Shown piece after piece: positions 24,487 through 38,310 of a stretch of DNA of 64,000 nucleotides. The stretch spans positions 151,342,001-151,406,000 of the forward strand of contig OX597815.1 in NCBI GenBank assembly GCA_951406725.2. Direction: 5' to 3'. The notes under the pieces are model-generated. The model searched no databases. It had not been told where the DNA came from and was given only the letters and a program-made list of their open reading frames with translations. Position 1 is the first letter of the stretch; every line of letters begins with the position of its first letter. The stretch comes from Octopus vulgaris (lineage: Eukaryota). The translations under genes were made by a program, and so were the position numbers.

Positions 24487-25999
24487 CATACATATATACA
24501 TATATATACATCATCATCAGGCTCCAGTCTGATCTGGCAGTGTTTCTACTGCTGAATGCCCTTCCTAACACCAACCAATTTGTGAATGTTGTAGGTGATT
24601 TTTACATGCCACTGGCACAGGGGCTAGAGGAGGCTGGCAACACCCACAATTGGTTGGTGCTTTTTATGTGCCACCAGCATGGAAGCTTGTCAAGGCAGCA
24701 CTGGCATTGGCCGTGTTCAGATGGTGCGTTTTACATGTCAATGGCACGAGGATCACAACTACAATTTCCATTTGATTTTTATTTTGTTGTTGATGTACTT
24801 GACTCAATAGGTCTCCTCAAGCACAGCATGTCACACTACAATCCAAGGTACTTTTGAATGGGCTGGGGTTGGTTATGCAAAACTGGTGTAGGGTATATAC
24901 ATACATATATATATATCTGAAGGATTAAAATTAATCAAAGGACATACTAAGTATGTCTACCTGCTGGAAATAACAGTCAAAACTCTTAATTAAATCACCA
25001 TAATACACTGATGATAACTACAGAAATCAATCGAAGGCAAATCAGGTTAAGACAATCTCCCAACATACATTTATGTATTTGGACTCACGTGGATCAAATC
25101 TCTCAACTATTGCGAATGTTATGTTCCAAAACCTCCCACAGAAATAAATAAAATCAAAAAAGCTATAAATGCCTATTGGCTGCAGAAACCTGGACATACT
25201 GAGAAGTCAGCGATATATATTTACATATAATAGCCAGAGAAATCTGAGATGTGATGAGTGCGCGATAGGTGAACTGCGATATGCTGAAGGATTAGTTTAT
25301 TTTTTTATATTCTTTTATTTGTTTCAGTCATTTGTCTGTGGCCATGCTGGAGCACCACCTTTTAGTCGAAGGAATCAACCTCTGGACTTATTATCTGTAA
25401 GCCTGCAACTGATTCTATTGGTCTCTTTTGCCAAACTGCTAAGTTACAGGGACGTAAAAACACCAACATTGGTTGCCAAGTGATGGTCGGTGGGTACAAA
25501 CAGACACAAACATACAAATATATACATATGTAAATGTGTGTGTGTGTGTGTATATATATACTTCTTTTGGTTTCCGTCTACCGAATCCACTCACAAGGCT
25601 TTGGTCAGTTCAAGGATATACTAAAAGACACAGTAAGACTGAAGCCGGAACCATGTGGTTGGGAAGCAAGTTTTTTCCACACAGCCACATATATATATAT
25701 ATATATAAAAGAGAGGTTCTGTCTGTTTGTCTCACAAAGTAAAACCAGACACCATCTCTATGATTTTCTTTCTTCTCTATCTGTCTATTTTCTCTCTCTT
25801 TCTTCTTCTCCTCCTTCTTTCTTTCTCTCTTTCCCTCACTAAATGAACACACACACACATCAAACATTTCTTTGTCAAAATACGCAAGCAAGAATTAAAA
25901 AATACACCCACACCCACACCTATATATATATATATATATACATACACATATATATATACATATATATATTCATGTTTCAGTCATTTAATACCATGAGTA

Positions 26000-26278
26000 T
26001 CCTCTCTTTCTGTCTCTACCTCTCTTTCTCTCCCTGTCTATCTCTATCTCTCTATTTCCCCCTCTTTCTTTCTTTCTCCCTCTTTCTTCCTTTCTTTCTC
26101 TTTCTTCTTTTCTCCCTTTCTTTCTCTCCCTCTTTTCCTCTTTCTCTCTCTTTATGCTTCTCTCTCCTTCTGTCGTCTCTTGCTCTCTCTCTTCCTGTCT
26201 CTCCTTCCTTCTCTCTCTCTTTTTCTGTCACTCACTCTCTTTCTTTCTGTCAATCTCTCTCTTTCTGTTACCTTTCCT
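26000..26278. repeat. CT-rich polypyrimidine tract
   Basis: Direct reading. Confidence 0.9.
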
Positions 26279-26381
26279 AATCTTCTGCATAATTACAACA
26301 AGACATCGGTGACAGAGCTATCCTGGTGCCAAAAAATGTTCCTCTACATACCATTAATAATATGCTATTGAATAAACTTCC

Positions 26382-26737
26382 AGGTGTAGGAGTGGCTGTG
26401 TGGTAAGTAGCTTGCTTACCAACCACATGGTTCCGGGTTCAGTCTACCAAAGCCTTGTGAGTGGATTTGGTAGACGGAAACTGAAAGAAGCCTGTTGTAT
26501 ATATGTATATATATATGTATGTGTGTATATATGTTTGTGTGTCTGTGTTTGTCCCCCCAACATCGCTTGACAACTGATGCTGGTGTGTTTATGTCCTCGT
26601 AACTCAGCAGTTCCATAAAAGAGACCGATAGAATAAGTACTAGGCTTACAAAGAATAAGTCCTGGGGTCGATTTGCTCGACTAAAGGCGGTGCTCCAGCA
26701 TGGCCCAAGTCAAATGACTGAAACAAGTAAAAGAGTA
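26382..26737 (+). mobile_element. SINE family A with internal deletion
   Basis: Matches 4023-4440 but lacks the CORE-like segment. Confidence 0.8.
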
Positions 26738-26739
26738 AG

Positions 26740-27030
26740 TATTCACTTATAACTCAATTGACAGTGTTGTTGATGATCAGGATAGTGTCAACTACCCCAT
26801 CGAATTCTTTAACTCACTACAACCACCAGGTACAGTTCCTCATTGTGTTCAATTGAGAAAAAGGACTCCTATTAAGTATTCCATATTTTGTCTCAAACCA
26901 AAATTATGCAATGGTACAAGATTAATTGTGCACCAACTTTATTGGCCCAAACATTCTCACTGTTTGTAGTAGAGGCTTATGCACCCTACCCTGAAGTAAA
27001 ACAAAAACATTGTTCATAAAGAAATATTCA
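26740..27030 (+). pseudogene. Helitron PIF1-like helicase C-terminal fragment
   Basis: YPIEFFNSLQPPGTVPH...PKLCNGTRLIV...TKNIVHKEIF matches the Helitron EFLNSL..G.PPH / LCNGTRL / TKNVVYKEV motifs. Confidence 0.8.
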
Positions 27031-27149
27031 TTCTTAATGCAACATGAATACTTCAGTAATATCATTTACCATTACTATCATTACATTCAAGAATGAATAA
27101 ATTACCCATTTTAATGAATTATACTATATAATTGTCATTATTATATTGA

Positions 27150-27417
27150 TAAATAAAATAACACATACATCTCACTTACTATTATCATGTAATAAACAAA
27201 TTGAACTTCATGTATAAAAATGATCTTTTTTCTACTTCAATTATTACATTTTTTTCACTTATAAAAATATTATATCATTGCCATTACTGTATAGATAAAT
27301 AAAATAACACATATAGCTCAGTTATTATTGTCATATCATAAACAAACACAAGTTCATGTATGATATTGATCTTTCTTCTACTTTAATTATTACATGGTTT
27401 TTCCCTTCTAAAAATGC
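27150..27417. repeat. Two diverged about 145-bp tandem units
   Basis: ataaataaaataacacata at about 27150 and 27295. Confidence 0.7.
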
Positions 27418-28044
27418 ACACATACAGGAGGAGTAAATTACACATATAATAATACTTTCAAAGTGGCTCCTGATAAATAGTAAAAGTAATTACCTGATCA
27501 ACGATGGGTTTTACTGCTAGTGTGGAGAATTTCAACAATTTGATGAATTTTTATTACAAAGACAAAAAACGGAGAACATGGTACACAATTACAAATACAA
27601 ACAATAAGAATGTATCTTTTGATGACAGCTGTGTGAAAAAAGTGTCCCACCCTAACAGTGGAGGAAATGTTAGGCCTCACTGAGGTGATTACAAGCGACT
27701 GAGATTTTTGGAGATATGCTGTGCTTGAGAAGACCTGGTAAACCAAGTGAGACCAAGTGAAACACATGATATATTTGTGTATATGTAGAGGTACATCTAT
27801 GTGTGTGCATTTGTTCATTCATTCATTCTCTCTTTTACTCTTTTACTTGTTTCAGTCATTTGACTGCGGCCATGCTGGAGCACTGCCTTTAGTCGAGCAA
27901 ATCAACCCCAGGACTTATTCTTTGTAAGCCCAGTACTTATTCTATCGGTTTCTTTTGCTGAACTGCTAAGTGACGGGGACATAAACACACCAGCATCGGT
28001 TGTCAAGCAATGCTAGAGGGACAAATACAGACACACAAACATAT

Positions 28045-28081
<37 letters not shown>

Positions 28082-28082
28082 C

Positions 28083-28433
28083 AAAATAAGAAAATGGAGA
28101 AATACTATAGTGTATATTTATATTTATATTTATTTATTTATTTATACCCTCTTATAATGATTGTACTTATTGTATTGTATTACTCATTCATGTACGCTGT
28201 TTTGTTATATATTTTTATGTTTAACCCTAATGCTCTTATGTAGTGGTTTAATAAAGTATATGATTGGGTTTTATCTGGTAGTAGATAAATGATTTAGATG
28301 TATTTCTCCATTTTCTTAATTGCATCGCAATTCTTAACATTTATGTATTAACTTTGTTGGGTACTTCACTAGCAGTATATTGGATATATGTTATCCCATG
28401 GAGGGTTGAATTTGCAACCCCTATCTCAATTTG
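28083..28433 (+). mobile_element. PLE tail family copy with short 5' inversion, nested in a SINE-A microsatellite
   Basis: aagaaaatggagaaatac (28087) is the reverse complement of gtatttctccattttctt (28300); homologous to 40830-41082. Confidence 0.7.
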
Positions 28434-29001
28434 TATATATATATATATATATACATATATACGACAAGTTTCTTTCAGTTTCCGTCTACCAAATCCACTC
28501 ACAAGGCTTTGGTCGGCCTGGGGCTATAGTAGAAGACACTTGCCCAAGGTGCCACACAGTGGGACTGAACCCGGAACCATATGGTTGGTTAGCAAGCTAC
28601 TTACCACACAGCCACTCATGCAAGGACAATACGAACCATTGCAGAAATACACCTTACCTAACACATGAAATATGTGTGTGTACATATATGCGTATATATG
28701 TATATGTATATATGTATGTGTCTTTATTTGCATGTATGTATACATATGTATTTCTCCTTTTATGTACGTTTTCAGTTCTAAAAACCGTAACTCCCTCAAA
28801 CCCCATTATTTTCTTCGATTATACTGTTATTTCTCTTTTACTTCCTCTTTCTAATTCTCTTTTTATATATGGTCTAATAAAAATATTGTATTACAACTAC
28901 TAATAACTAATTCTGTTATAAGCATATCCATGAATATATACATGCATGTGTGTAAGTATATGTATGTATGGGTGTGTATGTATATAGGTAAATGTATATA
29001 T

Positions 29002-29072
<71 letters not shown>

Positions 29073-29185
29073 TGTATATATGGGTGTGTATGTATATATG
29101 TAAATATATATATGTATGTATGTATATATATATATTTATATGCATAAATTAACCCTATGAACTTCTTGGACTATCTTATAAAAAC

Positions 29186-29310
29186 TCTTCGACGAAGCCT
29201 AGAGGCATACCCAAGTACCCTAATTTTATCTACAGATTACTACAATACACTGAAAAGATGGAAATAACATATGTGGTACTGTAACCTCTAGGCTGAAACA
29301 GCTGTAAGAA
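29186..29310 (+). ncRNA. Hammerhead-like motif with altered core and long stem II
   Basis: tct-TCGACGA-agcctagagg...cctctaggct-GAAA-CAGCTG-TA-aga. Confidence 0.65.
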
Positions 29311-29474
29311 ATTGCTCTTTTTCTCTGTTCTAGAAATTACTAATACTTTACACATGTATTTGTATATTTTCTGAACTGTTTAAAATAAATAAATAGAAGT
29401 AATATAATGTCTAACAGCTATATATATATATGTGTGTGTATGTGTGTGTGCATATATATATATATATAGTTGTT

Positions 29475-29616
29475 GGGGGTATTTGTCTCCCCTTCGTAAA
29501 TATATAAGGACACAGTAAGTGTGTCGAAGCCGACAAGAAGCGTTCGATGCTTCCTAGGGCTAAACAGCGGTGGTGTAATCACCTACTGTCACGTTAAATT
29601 GACAGTATACAACCAT
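29475..29616 (+). mobile_element. Diverged fragment of the 355-bp retrozyme-like family
   Basis: taaggacacag...tgtgtcgaagccgaca...gatgcttcctagggct...gcggtggtgtaat...tatacaacca, as at 17770-17919. Confidence 0.75.
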
Positions 29617-30411
29617 TATATATATAAATTTATACACACAATAAGCTTTTGCCAAGTTTCCAAGTTCACTTGCAAGTCATTGATCAGCCTGGGGCTAAAG
29701 TTGAAGAGACTCCCCCAAGGTGCTGTGTTGTGCAATAGAACTGAACCTAGAGCCATGAGATTACAAAGTGGGCTTCTTAATCACACACCTAAGACTATCA
29801 TAAAAATGTGCTCTTCTTTGTTTAAGACAGTAGGGTTTGCCCTGAGGAAAATTCAGTTGTTATTTCTAGCATATTTAAGTGACCACTTTGAACATCCCTC
29901 TACTATTTTTGGATCATCATACACAGGTAACTTTTTTTTTTTTGTTTTAGTCTAGAAGGAAGGCAAAGCTCATGATGCTTCACAAGGTATCTAAGACTGA
30001 AAATGGTAGGGATGGAAGGAGAGAGGAAAATATCCTTGAAGTAGAAACCGAGCAAAAATGCTTGTAATGGAGTGGCCTCCATTAAAAGCACAAATAATGT
30101 CATGCATTGGTGTCAAACTGAGCTATGAATTAATTCTACCATTCAAGTAGACTATGTTGGGATTTGAACTCAGGGTATAAAGAACTAGAACAATTCTTGT
30201 TTCTTTCTCTCCCTGTCCCCACCACATTAGTTTATCTTCTGCAGTCTTCTTCTTCTCTCCTACCTAGTCTGTCAAAATAAAACTAGTATCTGGACACGAT
30301 TACTGACATTTAACTGAAAATTCAAGACTAATTTTTCTATTTTTGTGTACAGCTTAGTAAATAGACGTCAGGACTCTTCTCACGATAATTTTATTATTCT
30401 CATGTATGCAG

Positions 30412-30471
<60 letters not shown>

Positions 30472-31880
30472 ACTTATTGTAGTGCTCTGAATGTAGATAA
30501 CAAGCAGTGGTGGGAAACCTTTTGTCTTGCATAATACAAAGCAACCTCACTAGTGCTGGTGCCATAGCTAGGTTAACCTCGAGATGCAACCTACCCGTTT
30601 AACATGCCTCTAGAACTACCGCTAATGCCAGTCTAGCTTACATGTCTACACTCTTCCATCCACTACCACTACCTGAGACCAAAAGAGGCCCATGCTGGTC
30701 CTGCTTCCCTCACTTCCTCACTGCCTCTTCCTCTTCCTGTAGGGTCCTGCAGCCATTGACATCACTGTCCTTTCCTTCCGGTTCACCTCATTCCCACAAG
30801 TGATTGGTAAGTGGAGACAATGTAGGATTGAAAGCACCACTTAGCCCTGCCTTTTGAGAATATGATAACAACTCAAGTGCTGGCACTATGATAAAATGTG
30901 TCCAATGCACAGGTTAGTGTTAGAAAGGGTACCTAGCCATAGAAACAATGTCCAAATAAAAGAAACAAATGAAAAATGATCCACCCTCATCACATCTGGG
31001 AGATTAGTAATTCCAAATATGGATTGACTTGGACCATAAGAACCCACCCAACCCATGCCAACAAGGATAAGCAGATGTAAAAAATCTTGATGGTGAAATG
31101 ATGATGTGTCCTAAAGACTGGCTTTCTTCTTCGGGGCCAGAAACTACTTTATTGTGATCAGTTTTTTAGTCCTCAACAAAGAAACAGATGAAACTTAGAA
31201 TGGGGTGTGGCTCCTACAACAGGGGATGATGTTGCTGCTACACACACAGACATACACAGACAGACACACACATACTCATACAGGACCATATTAAAGAAAG
31301 TATTTGTGTGTGTGTGTGTGTGTAGGAGAGGGGTTAACTCAACTGACTGGTATGAAATCACTCGCCCTCACATGTTCCAATCTCAGTTCTGACTGATATA
31401 CTGTCTTCTTTTGTTTTCTCTACTGCTACTACAACAGCAGTTCTCAGCTATAGCTCTCATGGCCGCATGCAGTTCTCAACCATCCTTCTCAAAGCCCTTG
31501 ACAGTCAGTCTTCTCTCTATAAATGTAATAAATTTTCCTTTAATTGGCTAGTGTTTTACTTTAGCGGGTGTAGACGCCTAAAAGATTCCAGATTTTGGAT
31601 ATGACCTGGATATCAAAAAGATTGAGAACGACAAACTCTGCAAAGTTGCTGGCTGATCCTATGTCACTTCCACCCTGGCCTTTCCAAATTACTCATCTCT
31701 CCTCCTTCCATCACTCATATTGTGAGTCTATCACCTCAGTTGCTCAGCTCCACACTATCCCCTCCAATACCCTGTCTGTTTTTCCCCATAGCTTAAGTTT
31801 GGTTTCTTTCTGCCAATGTATTTATTGCAATTCTTCATGAGTGATATCAACCCATCCCATTCATATTCAATCATTTCCCA

Positions 31881-31881
<1 letters not shown>

Positions 31882-31940
<59 letters not shown>

Positions 31941-32394
31941 ATGTGTGTGTGTGTGTGTGAGTGTGTGTGTGTGTGTGGTGTGTGTCCATGTGTGAGTGAG
32001 TGAGTGTGTGTTTGTGCCCATGTGTGTGTGTGTGTCTGTGTGAGTGAGTGAGTGTGTGTGTCTATGTGTGAGTGAGTGTGTGTGTGTCTATGTGTGAATG
32101 AGTGAGTGAGTGTGTGTGTGTGTGTGCCCATGTATGAGTGAGTGAATGTGTGTGTGTGTGTCTATGTGTGAGTGAGTGTGAGTGTGTGTGTGTCCATGTG
32201 TGAGTGAGTGAGTGTGTGTGTGTGTCCATGTTCATGTGTGAATGAGTGAGTGTGTGTGTGTGTGTGTGTGTCCATGTGTGAGTGAGTGAGTGTGTGTTTG
32301 TGTCCATGTGTGCGTGTGTGTGTCTATGTGTGTGTGTGTGTGTCCATGTGTGAGTGAGTGAGTGTGTGTTTGTGTCCATGTGTGCGTGTGTGTG

Positions 32395-32441
<47 letters not shown>

Positions 32442-32472
32442 GTGAGTGAGTGAGTGACTCTGTGTGTGTGTG
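31882..32472. repeat. Complex (TG)n/(TGAG)n satellite with ccatg/ctatg spacers
   Basis: Direct reading. Confidence 0.95.
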
Positions 32473-33186
32473 TTTGCTATCATGTGTGCTGCAAATTTCC
32501 AATCCTGAACAAGGTTTGGCAGACAGGTTGCATGTAGTTTTTCACACCCATTGTTTTATAAATAAAAAGTCACAGCTTATCCTATTAGTACATAATGGTG
32601 AATATAATTCCTGGTCGTCTAGTACTTATTCTTGACAGCTATGTAAACCAAGGTATGGCAGAATTAAGGTATAAAAGAAACTATGAAATGCCAGCAGTAG
32701 ATTTGAACCCAAGACCTATAAACAAGGAGTCAAATACCATTCCCTTCCCTAACATATGATACTCCATCTTCCTTATGTTGTTTAACCCCAGGTCAATCAT
32801 GGTTGAGCAAACCTATGATCAAAGGTGTTCTAACTGTAATCATTGCATTTTTTCTTATATAGGATCTACAGTCTTAAATGTGTCATTTTAATTTTTTTTG
32901 AAGATAGTGGAGTGTGATATTTGAGGGGGATTTGGCTGCTATTTTTAGCATTTCAAGTGACAAGTTAGAGCAGTAGTTCTCAACCGTTTTTAACCTATGA
33001 ATCACTTCGATTACTATTTGGTATTCTGAAAATATGTTGTGTTTCTATAAATAATGTTAGGAATTGTATAAAAATTAAAACATTTTGTGTATTATGTAAA
33101 TATAATGAGAATTTACAAAAAAGACAGAGACAGGTGTGTAAACAACAATCATATGTATTAGTTTAACGCTCGGGAAGCGAGAAAGT

Positions 33187-33222
33187 CTTTTACGTTTCGA
33201 GCCTACGCTCTTCAACAGAAAG
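33187..33222 (-). ncRNA. Minimal PLE-type hammerhead variant
   Basis: Minus strand: cttt-CTGTTGA-a-gagc-gtag-gctc-GAAA-CG-TA-aaag. Confidence 0.7.
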
Positions 33223-33764
33223 GAACACAGAAATATACAGGGAGAGAAAATAGAAAAAGGCTTAGTGGCTAGTGTCTATCATGGCGAATGCTGGACAGAG
33301 AAGGTCACACAGGAGGGCTAGGAAGAAGAGGAGATAATAAAGTAGTGGTGATCCCAAAACGAAGGTGCATGTGTGTGTGTGTGTATGTGAGAGCATGTGT
33401 GTGTGTATGTGAGAGCATGTATGTGTGTGTAGAAGGGGGCTGGTGACATTGACGTGTGTGTGTGTGCATGTGTAGGTGTGTGGATGATAAATATAACCAG
33501 TTTATTGGACATAACTTTTAGCAACTAAATTCAATGGAAAAAGAATGTTTACTAGAAAAACAAGACCTGAATATACAAAGATATATTTATCAAAAAGAGA
33601 TATAACTTTATTGCTATTTCAATGTGAGCCTTGTGGTCAACGTTGCTCAGCTAGTTTTATCCACTTCTTTGTAAAACTATGTTGAAGGCAATGAGCTGGC
33701 AGAATCTTTAGCATGCCAGGCAAAATACTTAGTGGCATTTCGTCCATTGTTACATAATCACTAT

Positions 33765-34320
33765 CATCATCATTGTGTAACGTCCGCTTTCCATGCTGGC
33801 ATGGGTTGGACGGTTCAACTGGGGTCTCGGAAGCCAGGATGCTGCACCAGGCTCCAGTCTCATCTGGCAGTGATTCTATAGCTGGATGCCCTTCCTAATG
33901 CCAACCATTCCGAGAGTGTAGTGGGTGCTTTTTTACATGCCACTGGCACAGAGACCAGAGGGAGCTGGCATCGACCACAATCAGATGGTGCTTTTTATGT
34001 GCCACCAGCATGGAAGCCAGTCAAGGCGGCGCTGCCATCGGCCACGTTCGGGTAGTGCTTTCTATGTGCCACCTGCACAGGGATCACAACTACAATTTCC
34101 ATTTGATTGTGGTTTGATTTGATATTCATGTTGATGTATTTGACTCAATATGTCTCTTCAAGCACAACATGTCGCCCTACAATCCAAGGTACTTTTGAGT
34201 GGGGTGGTTATGCGGCACTGATGTAGGTTACAGCTGTGAACTCATTTTATTTGTCAGGTCTTCTCAGTCACAGCATATCTCCAGAGGTCTCAGCCTTTTG
34301 CCATTGCCTCTGTGAGGTCT
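33765..34320 (-). mobile_element. Family B element inserted inside a family C SINE
   Basis: SINE C halves at 33685-33753 and 34321-34470. Confidence 0.75.
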
Positions 34321-34961
34321 AAATTCTGAGTTCAAATTCCACCAAGGTCAACTTTGCCTTTCATCCTTTCGGAGTTGACAAAATAAGTACCAGTAGAGCA
34401 CTGGGGTCAATGAGATTGACTTGCCCCCTCCCCCAAATTTCAGGCTTTGTGCCTATCATAGAAAGGATTATGAAGAACTATGTTAAGTGTTAGAAAAAGA
34501 AACCTACTTGTTTCTTGCAGCAAGTGCATCTAAAGCAAAACTTTCTCAAAGACCTCTAAAATCCTACTGTGGAGACCCAAATCCTATATGGACCCTCAGG
34601 GGTTCATATGGACTCTGTTTGAGAACCAGTTAGTTAGAAGCTCCTTCTTCTAATCTTGTGACTGGTCTGAATAAGGTTCTCTGATGACCAGGTGTTTATT
34701 CTTGGCACCAAGGTCAACTTTTGTTTGTTTGTTTTTATGTCTGATTTTCCATGTTAGCATGGGTTAGGGGAATATATTACTGTCTTTATAGTGTGATGCC
34801 TTTCTTGTTACTAAAAACCTTTACATATTTTTCGAGTAATGGATCTTTTATTTGACATGCCTTTGAAGGGGAAAAACCAGCAAACAGTTTCTTGATAGAA
34901 GTGACATCATCAATGGTTGTAGCTTGCATTCTTTGGAGAAATGCAAATGCAAGCAAACATT

Positions 34962-35214
34962 CACACACACATACATAGAGATGCACGTACATACATAGAT
35001 GTATACATACACATGCACACATACATACATAATACATACATTCATACACACATGCATACATTCATACACACATACATACATTCATACAAACATACATACA
35101 TACATACATACATACATACATACGTATATACACACATAAATACATTCATACATACATAAAAACATACATACATTCATACAAACATACATACACACACATA
35201 CATGCATACAAACA

Positions 35215-35246
<32 letters not shown>

Positions 35247-35626
35247 CACACATACATGCATATATATACACAAACATACATAGATACATTCATACATATA
35301 CACAGATACATACATTCATACATACATATATACACACACATACATACATACACATATATACAACCATACACACATACATGCACACATACATACACACATA
35401 CATTCATACATGCATACATACATACATACATACATACATATGCATACATACATGCATGCATGCATGCATACATACATACATACATACATACATACATACA
35501 TACATACATACATACATACATACATGCATGCATGCATGCATGCATACATACATACATACATACATACATACATACATACATACATACATACATACATACA
35601 TACATACATACATACATGCATACATA
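34962..35626. repeat. (CATA)n/(CATG)n microsatellite array
   Basis: Direct reading. Confidence 0.95.
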
Positions 35627-35739
35627 CTGCTGAAGTGTCTCCATTTGGCAAAAGCTCCTGCTACCATTAATTTCCACCCTTGAAGGGCTCACAAAGACCT
35701 GAGCCACAATCCTCACACTGAGAACAGAGAGTGGAATGA

Positions 35740-36025
35740 TCATCTCCAATACCATAAATATTTCGAAGCAAATATTCCAAAGAGAGGGTCTCCCTGTATT
35801 TCTGTACATATCTGGCATTAAACTCATTATCATTTCCACAAAAAAAAAAAAAGCAGCTACATATTAGGGTCTGCAACTTATTATTATTATTGTAACCCAT
35901 AATTTCTTTGTGGATGACCTCAAGATTTATGCTAAAAATGTTAACAATGTCAAAAACAACAGGAATTAATAACAACATTTTCAGTTGACATAGGAATGGA
36001 ATTTGGCCAGAAGAAATGTTCTTAT
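35740..36025 (+). pseudogene. Highly degraded R4-type RT fragment
   Basis: IFQ.E..SP..F...LNSLS, FVDDL.IY and IGMEFG.KKC remnants. Confidence 0.55.
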
Positions 36026-36584
36026 TTAGTTATTTAGATAATATTTAAATATGTAGGCTTGAATACAAAACATAAATATATCTACTTCTGATAGTAAGTG
36101 TATGATTAATTCATACGATGAAGTCCTACAAATCCAATCATATTTGTCAAAAATGGAGGAGATAAGATGTTAAAAAGTTATAAGAAGTTTATTCATGCAT
36201 ACGATCGTTTTGTACATAGGTATAAATTTATTTTAGAATTTGAAATTAGCAAAATACTCATCAGTGCAGAGAAAATAATAGAAACTTGAAAAAGGAGCAG
36301 AAAAGAAATATTTTAATTATTACTTACAATGGTGTTGAGAAGGGTATCCAGCTGTAGAAACCTTGCCAAATCAGATTGGAAACCCATGCCAGCATGGAAA
36401 ACAGACATTAAATGATGACAATGACAATGATGATGATGATGATGATAATCATGATCGTCATCATCATTATCATCATCATCATAATTTAACATCCATTGCC
36501 CATGCTGCATGGCTTGGATAGTATAATATATATACATGTGTGTGTGTGTTTATACATATATATATATATATGTATATATTACGG

Positions 36585-36992
36585 AGATGTACTCGCATAG
36601 CAAGTGATTTGATCTGAGATTGTGTGCTGGAACGAAAACAATTGCAGCGTGGAAGGTGTTTGTAAGCCATTTAAGAAACACACAAAAGCCGTTCGATTCA
36701 CTTCAACATTTAAGTTTAATTTGTCAAAATATTTTCGTCACTAAAATCCACGACCTGTTCACTGACAAAAATCTGTGCTATCACATATTGGAAGTCATTT
36801 TTTAGATTGGAATTTAGCACGCTGGGCAAAATGCTTAGCAGCACGTGATGCAACACGGATTTTTGTCAGTGAACAAGTCACGGATTTTAGCGACGAAAAT
36901 ATTTTGACAAATTAAACTTAAATGTTGAAGTGATTCGAACGGCTTTTGTGTGTTTCTTAAATGGCTTACAAACACCTTCCATGCTGCAATTG
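36585..36992. mobile_element. Second hairpin element of the G3-C8 hammerhead family
   Basis: Arms about 36639-36778 / 36853-36992; HHRs at 36720-36769 (-) and 36862-36911 (+). Confidence 0.85.
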
Positions 36993-37902
36993 TATATGTA
37001 TATACATATGTATATATATATATATATATATGCATGCATGTAGGTATATAAATATATGTATGTATGTATATGTATGTATATCTTTGTATATCTTTTTGTC
37101 TGTTTGTCCATCCATCATCACTTGACAACTGGTGTTGGTGTGTTTACATCCCTGTAACTTACCAGTTTGGCAAAAGAGACTCATAGAATAAGTACCGGGC
37201 TTTAAAAACAAATAACTCCTGGGGTCGATTTGTTTGATTAAAACCCTTCAAGGCAGTGCTCCAGCATGGTTGCAGTCTAATGACTGAAACAAGAAAAACA
37301 TAAAAAATAAAAACACAACGATGGTTCCCCGGTGTCTGCTTCAAACCATTCCAATCTACATAATTCTTTCTACTCTAAGCACAAAGCCTGAAATTTGGGG
37401 AGGGGACAAGTTGATTACATCAACCCAGTGTATCATTGGTACTTAATTTATCGACCCTGAAAGGATGAAAGGCAAAGTCGACCTCAGCAGAATTTGAACT
37501 CAGAATGTAAAGATGGACGAAATGCTGCTAAGCGTTTTGCCCAGCATGCCAAATTCCAATCTAAATAATGACTTCCAATATGCGTCACACTGATTTTCTT
37601 TTACCTCCACTCTCTCACCATTGTGAACATAGTTAGTAAGGGAGCAAGGGGTGTGACCACTCCCCACCGAGGACAATTTTCATAATTGGTGCCTTTCAAC
37701 AATTTTTTTCAAAAAACTCTTTAGTTTACTTGTGCAATAAAAGTCAAATCACATTTTTGTTGATCAGATGACCTTGGAAGAACTTTCTGGAGTCATTTCT
37801 TTATTTGACCAACCTTCCTTTTTTTTTCATCTGTCTGGAAATCTCCTTTGATGTGTTGGTGGCCACTGACATCCGAACAAACCCTGACATCATAGCCTCT
37901 TG

Positions 37903-38310
37903 GCAGTGTAGAAGTGGCTGTAAGGTAAGTAGCTTGCTTACCAACCACATGGTTCCGGGTTCAGTCCCACTGCGTGGCACCTTGGGCAAGTGTCTTCTAC
38001 TATAGCCTCAGGCCGACCAAAGCCTTGTGAGTGGATTTAGTTGATGGAAACTGAAAGAAGCCCATCGTATATATGTATATATATGTATGTGTGTGTGTAT
38101 ATGCTTCTGTGTCTGTGTTTGTCCCCCAACATTGCTTGACAACCGATAGTGGTGTGTTTACATCCCTGTAACTTAGCAGTTCGGCAAAAGAGACCGATAG
38201 AATAAGTACTAGGCTACCAAAGAATAAGTCCTAGGGTGGATTTGCTCGACTAAAGGCAATGCTCTAGCATGGCCACAGTCAAATGACTGAAAAAAGTAAA
38301 AGAGCGTAAA
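37903..38310 (+). mobile_element. Full-length SINE family A
   Basis: Matches 4023-4440. Confidence 0.85.

Noticed and set aside
25005-25040. CTGATGA followed by GAAA
   Set aside because: No stem II, stem III or stem I pairing; probably chance.
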